A stretch of DNA of 54,915 bases from a virus (Duplodnaviria; Caudoviricetes), in IMG/VR virus record IMGVR_UViG_3300020388_000692, positions 1-54,915 of that record. One strand, given 5' to 3'. A program made the position numbers and the translations under genes. Of this stretch, positions 34,972 through 43,720 are shown one piece after another (position 1 is the first letter of the stretch; each line of letters opens with the position of its first letter). The notes under the pieces were generated by a model. That model did no database searches and was not told the DNA's origin. It saw only the letters and a list, made by a program, of their open reading frames with translations.

Positions 34972-35442
34972 TTAGTCTACTAATGTACCGTGTGCTCTAC
35001 GAATCTCTCGCAATGCTTCGAGATTCATATCTTTTGTTCCCCCATCATAGGGGTGAGCGTATCCTTCTGTGATCATTTGTTCGTTGAGGGACAATTCTGA
35101 GTCCCCAATGTATAACCACCCAAGAAGACGGCCATATTTACCGACACCGCCATCAAGTTCAGTACGGATAACAAGATCATCGTCACCAGCCACAGCACCT
35201 TCGAGTTTCGCTTTGAGCCAGTAGGTTGCGTCGATTCCAAGTTCCTTCTCCTCTAAGTTTCTGGTCCTTTTCTCCGGCGTATCAACTCCTGCAACTCTAA
35301 CTCTTTCTTTCTTGTATAGATCAAACCCGAGATCAATAGTAACATCAATAGTATCGCCATCTACAACCCTGTTGATTTCTATTACTCTAAAATTATAGCA
35401 ACTCTTTCTGCTTGGGGGCGTCATTCCTGCCATAGTTCCCAC
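34972..35442 (-). CDS. thermonuclease (SNase-like) endonuclease
   Basis: RVVDGDTIDV, RVRVAGVDTPE, GKYGRLLG, LNEQMITEGYA. Confidence 0.9.
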   Translation of the reverse strand: MGTMAGMTPPSRKSCYNFRVIEINRVVDGDTIDVTIDLGFDLYKKERVRVAGVDTPEKRTRNLEEKELGIDATYWLKAKLEGAVAGDDDLVIRTELDGGVGKYGRLLGWLYIGDSELSLNEQMITEGYAHPYDGGTKDMNLEALREIRRAHGTLVD

Positions 35443-35795
35443 TCCTTTAATGCTTGTTTTAGAACATCCTCTACTGGAGTTCTCTCCTTTTCTGCTTCAT
35501 ACTGTTTGATTTTCTGAGTCAGAACACCGACAGTCATTTCTTCTTTTTCAAATGTTCTTGCGTCAGCAGCAGTTACTAAACCAATCAGTGTGACAGCAGC
35601 AGTGATTACTGCACCAGCACCCCATACCCATTTCTCAAGTTTACGAATTCTCTCACGAAGTTTTTCTATTTCTTCGTTCGTATCATCAACACGCTTATGA
35701 ACCATTTCAATACGACGAATAGAATTATCTAGAGTGCTGTCCATTACAGCAATCTTTGTATCCTGTTCTGCATCTTTATTAGTAAGGTCACTCAT
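35421..35795 (-). CDS. coiled-coil plus TM protein (XhlA-like architecture)
   Basis: Coiled coil, then RIRKLEKWVWGAGAVITAAVTLIGLV. Confidence 0.6.
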   Translation of the reverse strand: MSDLTNKDAEQDTKIAVMDSTLDNSIRRIEMVHKRVDDTNEEIEKLRERIRKLEKWVWGAGAVITAAVTLIGLVTAADARTFEKEEMTVGVLTQKIKQYEAEKERTPVEDVLKQALKEWELWQE

Positions 35796-35931
35796 CGTCC
35801 AACTCATCGAATGCCATTCTCATTATATAGACAATATAGTATGTAACACCGGCAAGTAGTATTATTAGAGATATAATAACACTCCATACTGGATCACTTA
35901 CATTCTCCAAAGGTCGCAAAAGTAAATTCAC
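35788..35931 (-). CDS. 47-aa single-TM protein (MNLLLRPLENVSDPVWSVIISLIILLAGVTYYIVYIMRMAFDELDDE)
   Basis: Hand-translated; GTG start; clear TM helix. Confidence 0.6.
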   Translation of the reverse strand: MNLLLRPLENVSDPVWSVIISLIILLAGVTYYIVYIMRMAFDELDDE

Positions 35932-35959
35932 ATAATGAGTTCAATTACTTATATCTATA

Positions 35960-36514
35960 TCATTCTGGTTCGCAATCCATTTGCATTGTTGCGATTTCCG
36001 CACCAATATCTGCACCAGTATCTTGTCCTAACATTACCATCCAACCAGATACTAACCAACCAACATATGGAATACCTGTGAAGATAGGAGCAATGCCTGA
36101 TGCGACACTAGCACCGACCATTCTTCCGGTTGACTCTCCAGCGCCCTCCGCTTTTATGCATTCCAGGTTTTGAGCAGTCAACTTTCCCTCAGCACCTCCT
36201 AGATGCCTTGCCCCATCCATTGTATATTCTTCTTCTGTAATTAGATTCGTAGTTCCACCGATACCAAAGAATCCATTCTTCTTGTCTAATGTCTTTGTAA
36301 CCCCCATGACCTTAGGATCATTAGCGTTATATCGTATACTGTAACCATCCGTGCCTGCGTCTACACTATATGATGTGTAGTTACCTACAGGTAGATTTAT
36401 GATTGGAAGTTTATCCTTACCAATCAGGTGTCCCAATAAACCAATATGAGCGACACCGAACAGTGTTCCTACTGTCAGTGCCGCCCACTTAAATGGTGAT
36501 CGCTTGTTAGTCAT
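35960..36514 (-). CDS. membrane protein with C-terminal glycine-zipper-like hairpin
   Basis: N-terminal TM; GRMVGASVASG..IPYVGW..G...GA.IGA. Confidence 0.7.
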   Translation of the reverse strand: MTNKRSPFKWAALTVGTLFGVAHIGLLGHLIGKDKLPIINLPVGNYTSYSVDAGTDGYSIRYNANDPKVMGVTKTLDKKNGFFGIGGTTNLITEEEYTMDGARHLGGAEGKLTAQNLECIKAEGAGESTGRMVGASVASGIAPIFTGIPYVGWLVSGWMVMLGQDTGADIGAEIATMQMDCEPE

Positions 36515-36517
36515 AAC

Positions 36518-36946
36518 TTACATCTTGTAAGGTTCTTCTGCCTTATCAACCTTTAAGGTCACAGGTGCTTGCTCAATACGGAGAGTTTGATGTGGTGCAG
36601 TTTGTGCAGCTGCCTGGATCAATCTTTCCATATCTGCTTTACTGATTCCACCACCATTGCTACCACCCTCTCCAGATTTCTTCGCTGCCTGAACACCGAA
36701 AGTAGCTAAGACCCCGGTAAAGACACTGGCGATGAATGTTGGATCAAGTTTTTGTTCGGGTATTCCGAGTGCAGGAGGTAGTTTGATGTATGCCAGAGTG
36801 AGAATTCCACCAGACCAAACAAGGATACCAAGGCGGACAAAGGTAGAAAGAATAGCAAGTTGTTCTTCCTTGTCATCGACATGCTCCTTGAGTTTTCCAA
36901 TGAAACCTTTTTTCTTCTCGTCGGGTTTCTTGACATCTTCTGGCAT
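36518..36946 (-). CDS. two-TM membrane protein (possible holin)
   Basis: VRLGILVWSGGILTL and DPTFIASVFTGVLATFGV. Confidence 0.65.
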   Translation of the reverse strand: MPEDVKKPDEKKKGFIGKLKEHVDDKEEQLAILSTFVRLGILVWSGGILTLAYIKLPPALGIPEQKLDPTFIASVFTGVLATFGVQAAKKSGEGGSNGGGISKADMERLIQAAAQTAPHQTLRIEQAPVTLKVDKAEEPYKM

Positions 36947-36966
36947 ATTTAATTGGTAAGGCAGCT

Positions 36967-37641
36967 TTATTTAGAGAGATAACCTTTTTCAACCAAGTAT
37001 TGACGAGTAAGTGGTGTTGGTTCATAGTCAGTCCACATAGTTCCACGAGCACAAGACTCAAGTGCTCTAGCAGTCATGCCTTCAGTTTTACCTGCCCAGT
37101 ATGCTTCCTTCTCCCAAGGAATCGCATGAGGCATAGTCTTGTATGTACGCTTTACAATCTCCTGATACATCGGGGGAACAGTATCCTCAGGCAGAATGAT
37201 AGCAATCATATTGTTTTTAATCGTTCCTGCCATACAATCCTGTGCTGCATGCCATCCCTCATGACGCATGACACTCATCAACACACCAGGACGGTGCATA
37301 TATGCTTTGTTTAAAAAGAAATTATTGCTTACAGTGTGGTATACACCACGGTGCCCTACAGGGAAATACTTCTGGTCTGCTAGAAAAACTTTAACTCCGA
37401 TCTTACCAAGTGGTCTGAGGAAAGAATCAAACTCACGAGCAATAACGTCATAATCAGAAGAAGGTATCTCAGTTTTGATATCTGAGATGGAGTTAATTTC
37501 TTTGACATCTTCTACGCATTCTTGAAGCAACATGCATCCCATAGAATGCATAGTGAAATATTGGTTATCTTTGAGGGGGTCGGAATGGGCAGGTAGGGCA
37601 ACCGCTGCCGCAACAACCGCCGCTGTAACAAGTCTCTTCAT
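36967..37641 (-). CDS. secreted HExxH zinc-metallopeptidase-like protein
   Basis: Signal peptide; MRHEGWHAAQDCM; downstream WEKEAY. Confidence 0.7.
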   Translation of the reverse strand: MKRLVTAAVVAAAVALPAHSDPLKDNQYFTMHSMGCMLLQECVEDVKEINSISDIKTEIPSSDYDVIAREFDSFLRPLGKIGVKVFLADQKYFPVGHRGVYHTVSNNFFLNKAYMHRPGVLMSVMRHEGWHAAQDCMAGTIKNNMIAIILPEDTVPPMYQEIVKRTYKTMPHAIPWEKEAYWAGKTEGMTARALESCARGTMWTDYEPTPLTRQYLVEKGYLSK

Positions 37642-37937
37642 TTGTAGTATGCCTCATAGTATTTTACAATGCCACTACTATTTACATGCCCTTGGGAAAC
37701 CCAATCATGACAACATGTTTGAATACTCTCCATACTACAGATTGGTTCTCCATTTTCTTTGGTCAAACCACCATACTTATTCAACAGGATATTGTAGACA
37801 ATTTGTCTAAGTTCCATCTTCTCATCGCAGTAGCGCCAATCGTCAACCATACCTTCCTTTTGCAATCTGTTGTAGTTATAACACCCATCAAATGTGAGTT
37901 TGATTTTTGGTTCTTTAGATTCCGTCATGATAGTCAA
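37638..37937 (-). CDS. hypothetical protein
   Basis: DWRY..KMELR..CCHDWVSQGH. Confidence 0.65.
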   Translation of the reverse strand: MTIMTESKEPKIKLTFDGCYNYNRLQKEGMVDDWRYCDEKMELRQIVYNILLNKYGGLTKENGEPICSMESIQTCCHDWVSQGHVNSSGIVKYYEAYYK

Positions 37938-38574
37938 CTAGTCCCTCCCAGTAAAGGTAACTCCAAGTTCTTTTAGGTGGGAAGTATGTCTCCCAGATTG
38001 GTGTATCTGAGTTACATGCCTCCAGTGCATCAACAGTCATCCAAGGCATATTCATTGCCCAGACTGCTTCTCGTTCAATCCTGACAGTATGTGGATCGAA
38101 TCCGTAGCGAGCAAAGGTTTCTTGAATAACTTCATCAGGGATAGTGGTTGCTTCAAGCATAGGCATAATGTCAGAATTGTGCATACCACCACCCATACAA
38201 TCCTGTGCTGCATGCCATGCCTCGTGACGCAATGCTCTGATGAACATTCCAGGATCATCAGTATATCTCTTATTAAAATAGATCTTATTCACATCAGAAT
38301 AGTACAAGGCACGATACTCATCCACAAAATACTCTGGAATTGATTCGTAAACCTCAACACCCATCTGATCAAGATTTGCCAGGATAGTTCTGACCTCATC
38401 ATGATGTTGATGATCACTCATCTTGACTTTACTTACACCAGCAGTGCATTTACCCTGACGCATGCATTGCATTGCTTCATAAGTATAGAAGACAGGATCT
38501 TCTTTCTCCTCATGTGCAAGAGTGGGAACAACTAATGCAACTGAAGCAAGCAGACCAAAGAAAAGTCTTTTCAT
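37915..38574 (-). CDS. secreted HExxH zinc-metallopeptidase-like protein (paralog)
   Basis: Signal peptide; LRHEAWHAAQDCM; IEREA. Confidence 0.7.
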   Translation of the reverse strand: MKRLFFGLLASVALVVPTLAHEEKEDPVFYTYEAMQCMRQGKCTAGVSKVKMSDHQHHDEVRTILANLDQMGVEVYESIPEYFVDEYRALYYSDVNKIYFNKRYTDDPGMFIRALRHEAWHAAQDCMGGGMHNSDIMPMLEATTIPDEVIQETFARYGFDPHTVRIEREAVWAMNMPWMTVDALEACNSDTPIWETYFPPKRTWSYLYWEGLVDYHDGI

Positions 38575-38589
38575 AATAAAAAATTCAAA

Positions 38590-38985
38590 TTAGCGGTATT
38601 GACCCCAACCTGTACCAGATGTCCAGTCAAGGTCTACATTCTCTTGAAATGTTTCTGAACCTCCTTGATCCCACGGCAGACCATTCTTGGTTGCCTCTTC
38701 ATACATGATTTCATGGATGTCGTCGGGTTCAAAGTATTCTTCCCCGGTGATAGGATCATAATTGAGAGTTTGTCCTGTCACCACATCTCTAGCAGTGTTT
38801 ACCTCTATATTATAAGGTGGAGCAAACCAGTCGTCAAGCGGGGTTGTGACACATGCAGGAACGCCTACATATGATTCCAAATCAATCTCTTGACAATCAA
38901 CAATATCTTCATCAATTGCACATTCAACCTCAGTCGTTGAAATACCAACAACCTTCTTAATGAGAGATTTGATACGCTGGATCAT
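38590..38985 (-). CDS. acidic hypothetical protein
   Basis: ATGA-coupled to the hydrolase gene. Confidence 0.6.
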   Translation of the reverse strand: MIQRIKSLIKKVVGISTTEVECAIDEDIVDCQEIDLESYVGVPACVTTPLDDWFAPPYNIEVNTARDVVTGQTLNYDPITGEEYFEPDDIHEIMYEEATKNGLPWDQGGSETFQENVDLDWTSGTGWGQYR

Positions 38986-39380
38986 GATTCCCAATGATAG
39001 TGGTAGAAGTTTCCTCTAGTATCGCACATTGGATCTTGGGACGCAACTCTATATCTGAGCATACTTTGACCTTTAAAATCAGTCCTATCACCAATGATGC
39101 TGTATGCCTTCAAAAGGTTTTGCTTGCCTTCTTCTGACATAAGTGTTTTTACAAGATGAGGATCCGCAGTTGGACGCCACCTAGTGAATCCTTCATACTG
39201 CCCTGGTGCATAAACAACGTCAGCAACAGTGTTTGGATAGTATGGAGAGTTGACACGGTTGAGAACAGACACTGCTACACAATATGAGTCGAAACTTCCA
39301 CGATGGGTTTCAACTTGAATTGTTCTAGCAAGGTGATCGTAGTCAACAGCACTCAGTGCTAAAATAGTTTCTAAAATCAT
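38982..39380 (-). CDS. cell wall hydrolase, SleB/Hydrolase_2 family
   Basis: LARTIQVE..VAVSVLNRVNSPYYPNTVADVVYAPGQY..GNFY. Confidence 0.85.
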   Translation of the reverse strand: MILETILALSAVDYDHLARTIQVETHRGSFDSYCVAVSVLNRVNSPYYPNTVADVVYAPGQYEGFTRWRPTADPHLVKTLMSEEGKQNLLKAYSIIGDRTDFKGQSMLRYRVASQDPMCDTRGNFYHYHWES

Positions 39381-39385
39381 AAGTT

Positions 39386-39409
39386 AAAAAAAGGGGGGCT
39401 CTGCCCCCC
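39386..39409 (-). terminator. terminator after the beta-barrel gene
   Basis: GGGGGGC-AGA-GCCCCCC-T-run. Confidence 0.8.
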
Positions 39410-39428
39410 ACACGATACAATGAATATA

Positions 39429-39794
39429 TCAGAAGCTGTACTTAAGACCCAACTTGCCACCATAACCGTTGTTATCGGAATCGTCAGCAGTCAGGAAGGA
39501 CAGTTCGCCATATACGCCCAGTTGATCAGTCACAGGAACGCCAAGACCCGCCTTACCAGAGAACTGAACATCGCTCTCTTCGCCGTCAGGAGAAACCAGA
39601 GCAGGGCCAGCCTGGACATAGTAGGAAGCAGCACCCAGGTCGCCTTCATAACCTACGTGAAGGTCGGTGGTAGCGCCAGAGTAGTCATCGCCAGTCCAAC
39701 CAGCGTTGGTCTCGACATTGACATAAGGACCTGCAAGGGCAGCGCCAGCGGACATGGACAGTGCAGCAGTTGCTGCGAATACAGATTTGATCAT
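39429..39794 (-). CDS. small outer-membrane beta-barrel protein
   Basis: Signal peptide; alternating strands; C-terminal GLKYSF BAM-type signal. Confidence 0.8.
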   Translation of the reverse strand: MIKSVFAATAALSMSAGAALAGPYVNVETNAGWTGDDYSGATTDLHVGYEGDLGAASYYVQAGPALVSPDGEESDVQFSGKAGLGVPVTDQLGVYGELSFLTADDSDNNGYGGKLGLKYSF

Positions 39795-39815
39795 TTGTTA
39801 AACCTCTTAGTTACT

Positions 39816-39877
39816 TGCGGAGTGATTACCCGCAGATGGATAGGGACTCGACTCGTCCCGTTGTGGATATTATAGCA
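39816..39877 (-). promoter_or_regulatory. extended -10 (TGCTATAAT) and two-hairpin 5' leader
   Basis: GGGAC-GAGUCGA-GUCCC and UGCGG-GUAAUCACU-CCGCA upstream of a GAGG SD. Confidence 0.55.
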
Positions 39878-39942
39878 CAGATTGGGCGCGAATAGTTGGG
39901 GCGGTAGGTCTGTAGCAATTCGTAACATTAGTCACGAATAGG

Positions 39943-39992
39943 TATTTATACATCCGAAATTGTAGTATAACCGAACCTTCTCCCGTTGTCAA
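39943..39992 (-). promoter_or_regulatory. tandem sigma70 and late promoters
   Basis: TTGACA-17-TATACT (39964-39992) and TATAAATA (39943-39950). Confidence 0.75.
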
Positions 39993-40147
39993 CCCCTGTA
40001 TTCTTCCAGGGCTTGAAGGACATAGTTGAGATACCGGTGTGCCGTGTCCCGTTCTCCCTGTGTTCTTGACTGCTCCCAGTCAACTTCGTGCTTCAGTTTC
40101 AGGACACGGCACTTCAATTCTTCTTTAGTTACAAAGTTCTTAGGCAT
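39989..40147 (-). CDS. hypothetical 52-aa protein (MPKNFVTKEELKCRVLKLK...AHRYLNYVL..LEEYRG)
   Basis: Hand-translated ORF. Confidence 0.65.
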   Translation of the reverse strand: MPKNFVTKEELKCRVLKLKHEVDWEQSRTQGERDTAHRYLNYVLQALEEYRG

Positions 40148-40173
40148 CTATGTTTTTTGCGATACATTATTTA

Positions 40174-40389
40174 CTAGTCAAACAATGGAAAAGACTGTTT
40201 TCTTAAGTTTTTGAGGGATTCTGGGTCATTTCCATACTCTCCCATGTGCATATACACACAATCAATATACCTCAAGTCATCATGAGGGGCACCGTATGTG
40301 TAGGTATCACAGAATCTTACAATCTCTTGTGGGACATCCATGCGTCTGATAACAGCACCGGGGTCCTCCATAAAATAGTGGGGGATCAT
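40174..40389 (-). CDS. hypothetical protein
   Basis: Coupled ORF; LRYIDCVYMHMG.YG. Confidence 0.6.
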   Translation of the reverse strand: MIPHYFMEDPGAVIRRMDVPQEIVRFCDTYTYGAPHDDLRYIDCVYMHMGEYGNDPESLKNLRKQSFPLFD

Positions 40390-40577
40390 CGTCTTAAATA
40401 CCGTTCACATTTTTCAGGGTTTTTCTGACACCACTTGAGGACATAAGCATCAGGATCTTTATCCATGGAATGGTGTGCGTGATTATGCAGCATTCCAATC
40501 ATAATCAATAATCCCACCGACAGTATATTGAAATGTGTCGCTGGATGAAAAAGTATTGCTTTCAGATATTGTATCAT
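40386..40577 (-). CDS. small membrane protein with HNHAHH
   Basis: TM segment then His cluster and WCxxxPxxC. Confidence 0.65.
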   Translation of the reverse strand: MIQYLKAILFHPATHFNILSVGLLIMIGMLHNHAHHSMDKDPDAYVLKWCQKNPEKCERYLRR

Positions 40578-40786
40578 TCAGTTTCAGTAGGTAGGTTAGG
40601 CCAACCAGCAGGACACATAGGAACCTGGTATTTGCCATTCATAACGTAGTCAATAGAATCTTGGGTTACCAACATAGGTTTCTGTGGAGTAGAATCATGG
40701 ACGGAAGGCATATCCAACCACACTTTACCTACTTCTTCTGCTGGTGTAATGCTTCTTACACATAGGTCAGGCATTTCGTAATCCAT
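40574..40786 (-). CDS. hypothetical protein
   Basis: 70-aa coupled ORF. Confidence 0.6.
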   Translation of the reverse strand: MDYEMPDLCVRSITPAEEVGKVWLDMPSVHDSTPQKPMLVTQDSIDYVMNGKYQVPMCPAGWPNLPTETE

Positions 40787-41583
40787 TACTTTTGCTCCAT
40801 AGGGGGTAGTCTTCCCAGATAGGGATCGTAATCAAACAACTGTTCCCAGTTTTCAAGTTGAGATGCTTGATTGGTCCACCACTCACGGATACCATCTCGA
40901 CTTGGAACATGGTATGCATCAATGTGACCCTTATCCCAAATCATAGATTCAAGATGTGGTGGAGAGAACAGCAGGATAGGCATAGCAAAACTGTTACCGG
41001 ACTCATAAATCAAGTGCTCTGAGTTGCATCTTGGTTTTGCTTTGTAGTCCAATTTATATTTACCATCCCGGTAGCACAAATCCATCAGTTTCTTAGCATG
41101 ATGTCTTGTAATCATGTAGCAGGCAGTAGAGAAGTCATTGACGAATCTCTTATGCAGTGCTACATGCAGGGCACCGGGATTGATGACTGCAAGTTGAACC
41201 AGGTCATAGTCGAAGGGCATCCTTGAATAGAACTCCTTCCAGGTAAAGGGCCAATGCTTGACCACAGTCAGGTCACAGTCATCCTCCATGATGATAGCAC
41301 AGGGAGTGTCAGATGTGGTATACCAGTGATGAATCGCTTTCAAGTGTGATGTACAGCATCCAACATCAGTTGGACCCATTTGATCAGGATAGCGACCCTT
41401 CAGGATGCCGCTCAGGTCATCATCACCAGTGCCATCGTATCCAGAGATACGGATGTAGTCTTCGATCTCCCAGTATGCAAACTGGTCCTCCATATACTTC
41501 TGGCGTTCTGGACTACGATCCAGGTTTGTGTAGTAGATAGGTGGGAGACCTTTGAGTTTATATGCTGATTTGTTCTTATCCAT
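40786..41583 (-). CDS. glycosyltransferase family 25
   Basis: YYTNLDRSPERQ..GCCTSHLKA..IMEDDC..STACYMIT. Confidence 0.85.
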   Translation of the reverse strand: MDKNKSAYKLKGLPPIYYTNLDRSPERQKYMEDQFAYWEIEDYIRISGYDGTGDDDLSGILKGRYPDQMGPTDVGCCTSHLKAIHHWYTTSDTPCAIIMEDDCDLTVVKHWPFTWKEFYSRMPFDYDLVQLAVINPGALHVALHKRFVNDFSTACYMITRHHAKKLMDLCYRDGKYKLDYKAKPRCNSEHLIYESGNSFAMPILLFSPPHLESMIWDKGHIDAYHVPSRDGIREWWTNQASQLENWEQLFDYDPYLGRLPPMEQK

Positions 41584-42466
41584 TTTTAATCCATTCTAAT
41601 ACGTCAACCTCAGGTTTCCACCCAATAACTGATTTAATCTTATCTATGTTTGCAAGAGTAGTCTCCATTTCTCCTGCTCGTTTTGGTAGATACTGCTGAT
41701 TATCTGAAATCAAATTAGCAATCTCTTGAATTGAATAGTTCTTACCGCTACCTACATTGAAAACTTCACCTTCATGTCCTTGGAGAGGCATGATTGATGC
41801 GAGGTAGTTAGCACGAGCAACGTCTCCAACATACACAAAGTCTCGCTTCTGTAAACCATCACCAACGATAGTCAGTGGTTCTCCTGCTGCTTTCTGTCTC
41901 TCAAAAATACCAATGACTGGTGCGTACTGACCCCTAGTAGGAGACCGATCACCAAACACATTGAAGTATCTAAGAGACACCGTATCCAAACCATACAGTT
42001 CATAGTACATCTTACAGAACTTCTCTGCTGCAACCTTAGAAGCAGAGTATGGATTCAAGCAGTCGTCTGGTTGTGTCTCAACACTTGGAGCAGGATTGTT
42101 ACCATACCCAGAAGAAGTAGAGGAGTATACGAATCGCAGCACACCTGCCTCCCGTGCTGCTTGTAGCATCACAGTTGTTCCGACACAGTTTCTAGTGATT
42201 GCATCGATAGGATTCTCGATAGCAGGTTGTAGACGTGACTCAGCGGCAAGGTGGAAGACATAATCAACATCCTCCATTGCAGTGCTCATTGCAGAATAGT
42301 CAGTGATGTCAGCGTTCAGATATTCTACTCCTGGTGTGGTATAGAACTGATCGTTGTTTGCACTACGATTATCAATCACAACAACTTCCTGCCCCAACTC
42401 AGCAAGGTAGTCTACAATGTGAGATCCAATGAATCCACATCCACCGGTTACTAAACTCTTAGTCAT
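41576..42466 (-). CDS. NAD-dependent nucleotide-sugar epimerase/dehydratase
   Basis: VTGGCGFIGSH, FHLAA, YSASK, LRYFNVFG, RDFVYVGDV. Confidence 0.92.
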   Translation of the reverse strand: MTKSLVTGGCGFIGSHIVDYLAELGQEVVVIDNRSANNDQFYTTPGVEYLNADITDYSAMSTAMEDVDYVFHLAAESRLQPAIENPIDAITRNCVGTTVMLQAAREAGVLRFVYSSTSSGYGNNPAPSVETQPDDCLNPYSASKVAAEKFCKMYYELYGLDTVSLRYFNVFGDRSPTRGQYAPVIGIFERQKAAGEPLTIVGDGLQKRDFVYVGDVARANYLASIMPLQGHEGEVFNVGSGKNYSIQEIANLISDNQQYLPKRAGEMETTLANIDKIKSVIGWKPEVDVLEWIKNG

Positions 42467-43208
42467 ACTTCTCATCTCGCCTCGGCATAATAGAATCGTG
42501 AATCAATGTTTTGAGTCTGGTACTAGAGTACTCATGGTCTCTAGACAACCAAACAATTGGAATACCCAGATCGATACCACTATAACTTCCATCAGAATAA
42601 TCATCTCCCAGGAAACGTTTAGCATACTCCCCAGACTCTAGCATTGCAAGATATTGTTGCTCAGTGTCATAGAAAACAACATCATCAACATTCCGCATAC
42701 CCAGAAGAATCTCTTTACGCTCCTCTGCTGTCTGCACTGGTTTCAGTTTATGTGCTCTCTCGGTTGATGGATCAACATGAAGTGCAATAGTTAGGTGATT
42801 ACAATACTTCTTTGCATCAGCAAACATGCGAATATACCCTGGATGGATTACATCAAAGGCACCTGCAATGATTCCTTTCTTTTGTGGTTGATCTAGAATC
42901 CAATCGAATACATTGGCACCCTTATCGTCAATGAAGATATCAGCAGTAGGTTTATGGAACATAGGTTCCAGTTCGTGATACTTCACACCCCAATTACTAA
43001 GACTCATCATAGTTTGAACTGTCCAATCTTTACCTGACCCTCTACCACGAGCAGTCATGATAATAATATGATGCCCCTCATCATAAAGACGATTGATTGT
43101 CTCTACCATAAAGGGGATAGGGAGTGAATCCCAGTATCTTTGATTGTGACCGTCAGGATCACAGGGTGTATCACAGATTGTCCCGTCTAGGTCAAAGCAG
43201 AATTTCAT
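42459..43208 (-). CDS. fusion of HAD phosphatase and cytidylyltransferase-like domain
   Basis: FDLDGT..TARG..FIDDK, then AGAFDVIHPGY..ER..L..GDDY..YSST. Confidence 0.8.
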   Translation of the reverse strand: MKFCFDLDGTICDTPCDPDGHNQRYWDSLPIPFMVETINRLYDEGHHIIIMTARGRGSGKDWTVQTMMSLSNWGVKYHELEPMFHKPTADIFIDDKGANVFDWILDQPQKKGIIAGAFDVIHPGYIRMFADAKKYCNHLTIALHVDPSTERAHKLKPVQTAEERKEILLGMRNVDDVVFYDTEQQYLAMLESGEYAKRFLGDDYSDGSYSGIDLGIPIVWLSRDHEYSSTRLKTLIHDSIMPRRDEKYD

Positions 43209-43720
43209 ACCACTCCATGCAGGAAGATTTGATGAACACATTCTACCACACCATATGACCTACTATTAATCCAATAGTTCCATAGAGCATTAACTGCAAT
43301 GGTTCGTATTCTATTATTACATTCAAACCCAGTCAGTACTCCGTAAGATACTTTATTATCCTCACACCAATTCACACAGTTAATCATGTTCTTGGATTCA
43401 CCACCAGAACTCATAATAACTACAAGAGTATCATTCTCGACATAATACTCTAAGAATTTTTGATATGCTTTCTTATATCCAAAGTCATTGGAAAGCATAG
43501 TAAGCATAGAAGGGTCAGAGAGAATAGATACTTTCTTACCCCTGAACTTCATATAGTCCTGAGAGATATGGGATGCTACGCTGCTGCTACCGCCATTACC
43601 TAGGATAATAATTCTATTGTGGCAGTTAAATGCTGCCTGAAATCTTAAAAACTGTTCTTGTGCATGGGCGCATTTAAGTGCCTCTACATATTCTTCAAAT
43701 GGATTTACCATAGACACCAT
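43205..43720 (-). CDS. gmhA: SIS-domain phosphoheptose isomerase (GmhA-like)
   Basis: LGNGGSSSVASH, NDFGY, SSGGESKN, YGVVECVH. Confidence 0.82.
   Translation of the reverse strand: MVSMVNPFEEYVEALKCAHAQEQFLRFQAAFNCHNRIIILGNGGSSSVASHISQDYMKFRGKKVSILSDPSMLTMLSNDFGYKKAYQKFLEYYVENDTLVVIMSSGGESKNMINCVNWCEDNKVSYGVLTGFECNNRIRTIAVNALWNYWINSRSYGVVECVHQIFLHGVV

Noticed and set aside
39420-39875. 151-aa plus-strand ORF
   Set aside because: Antisense to the beta-barrel gene and its leader; explained by biased codon usage.
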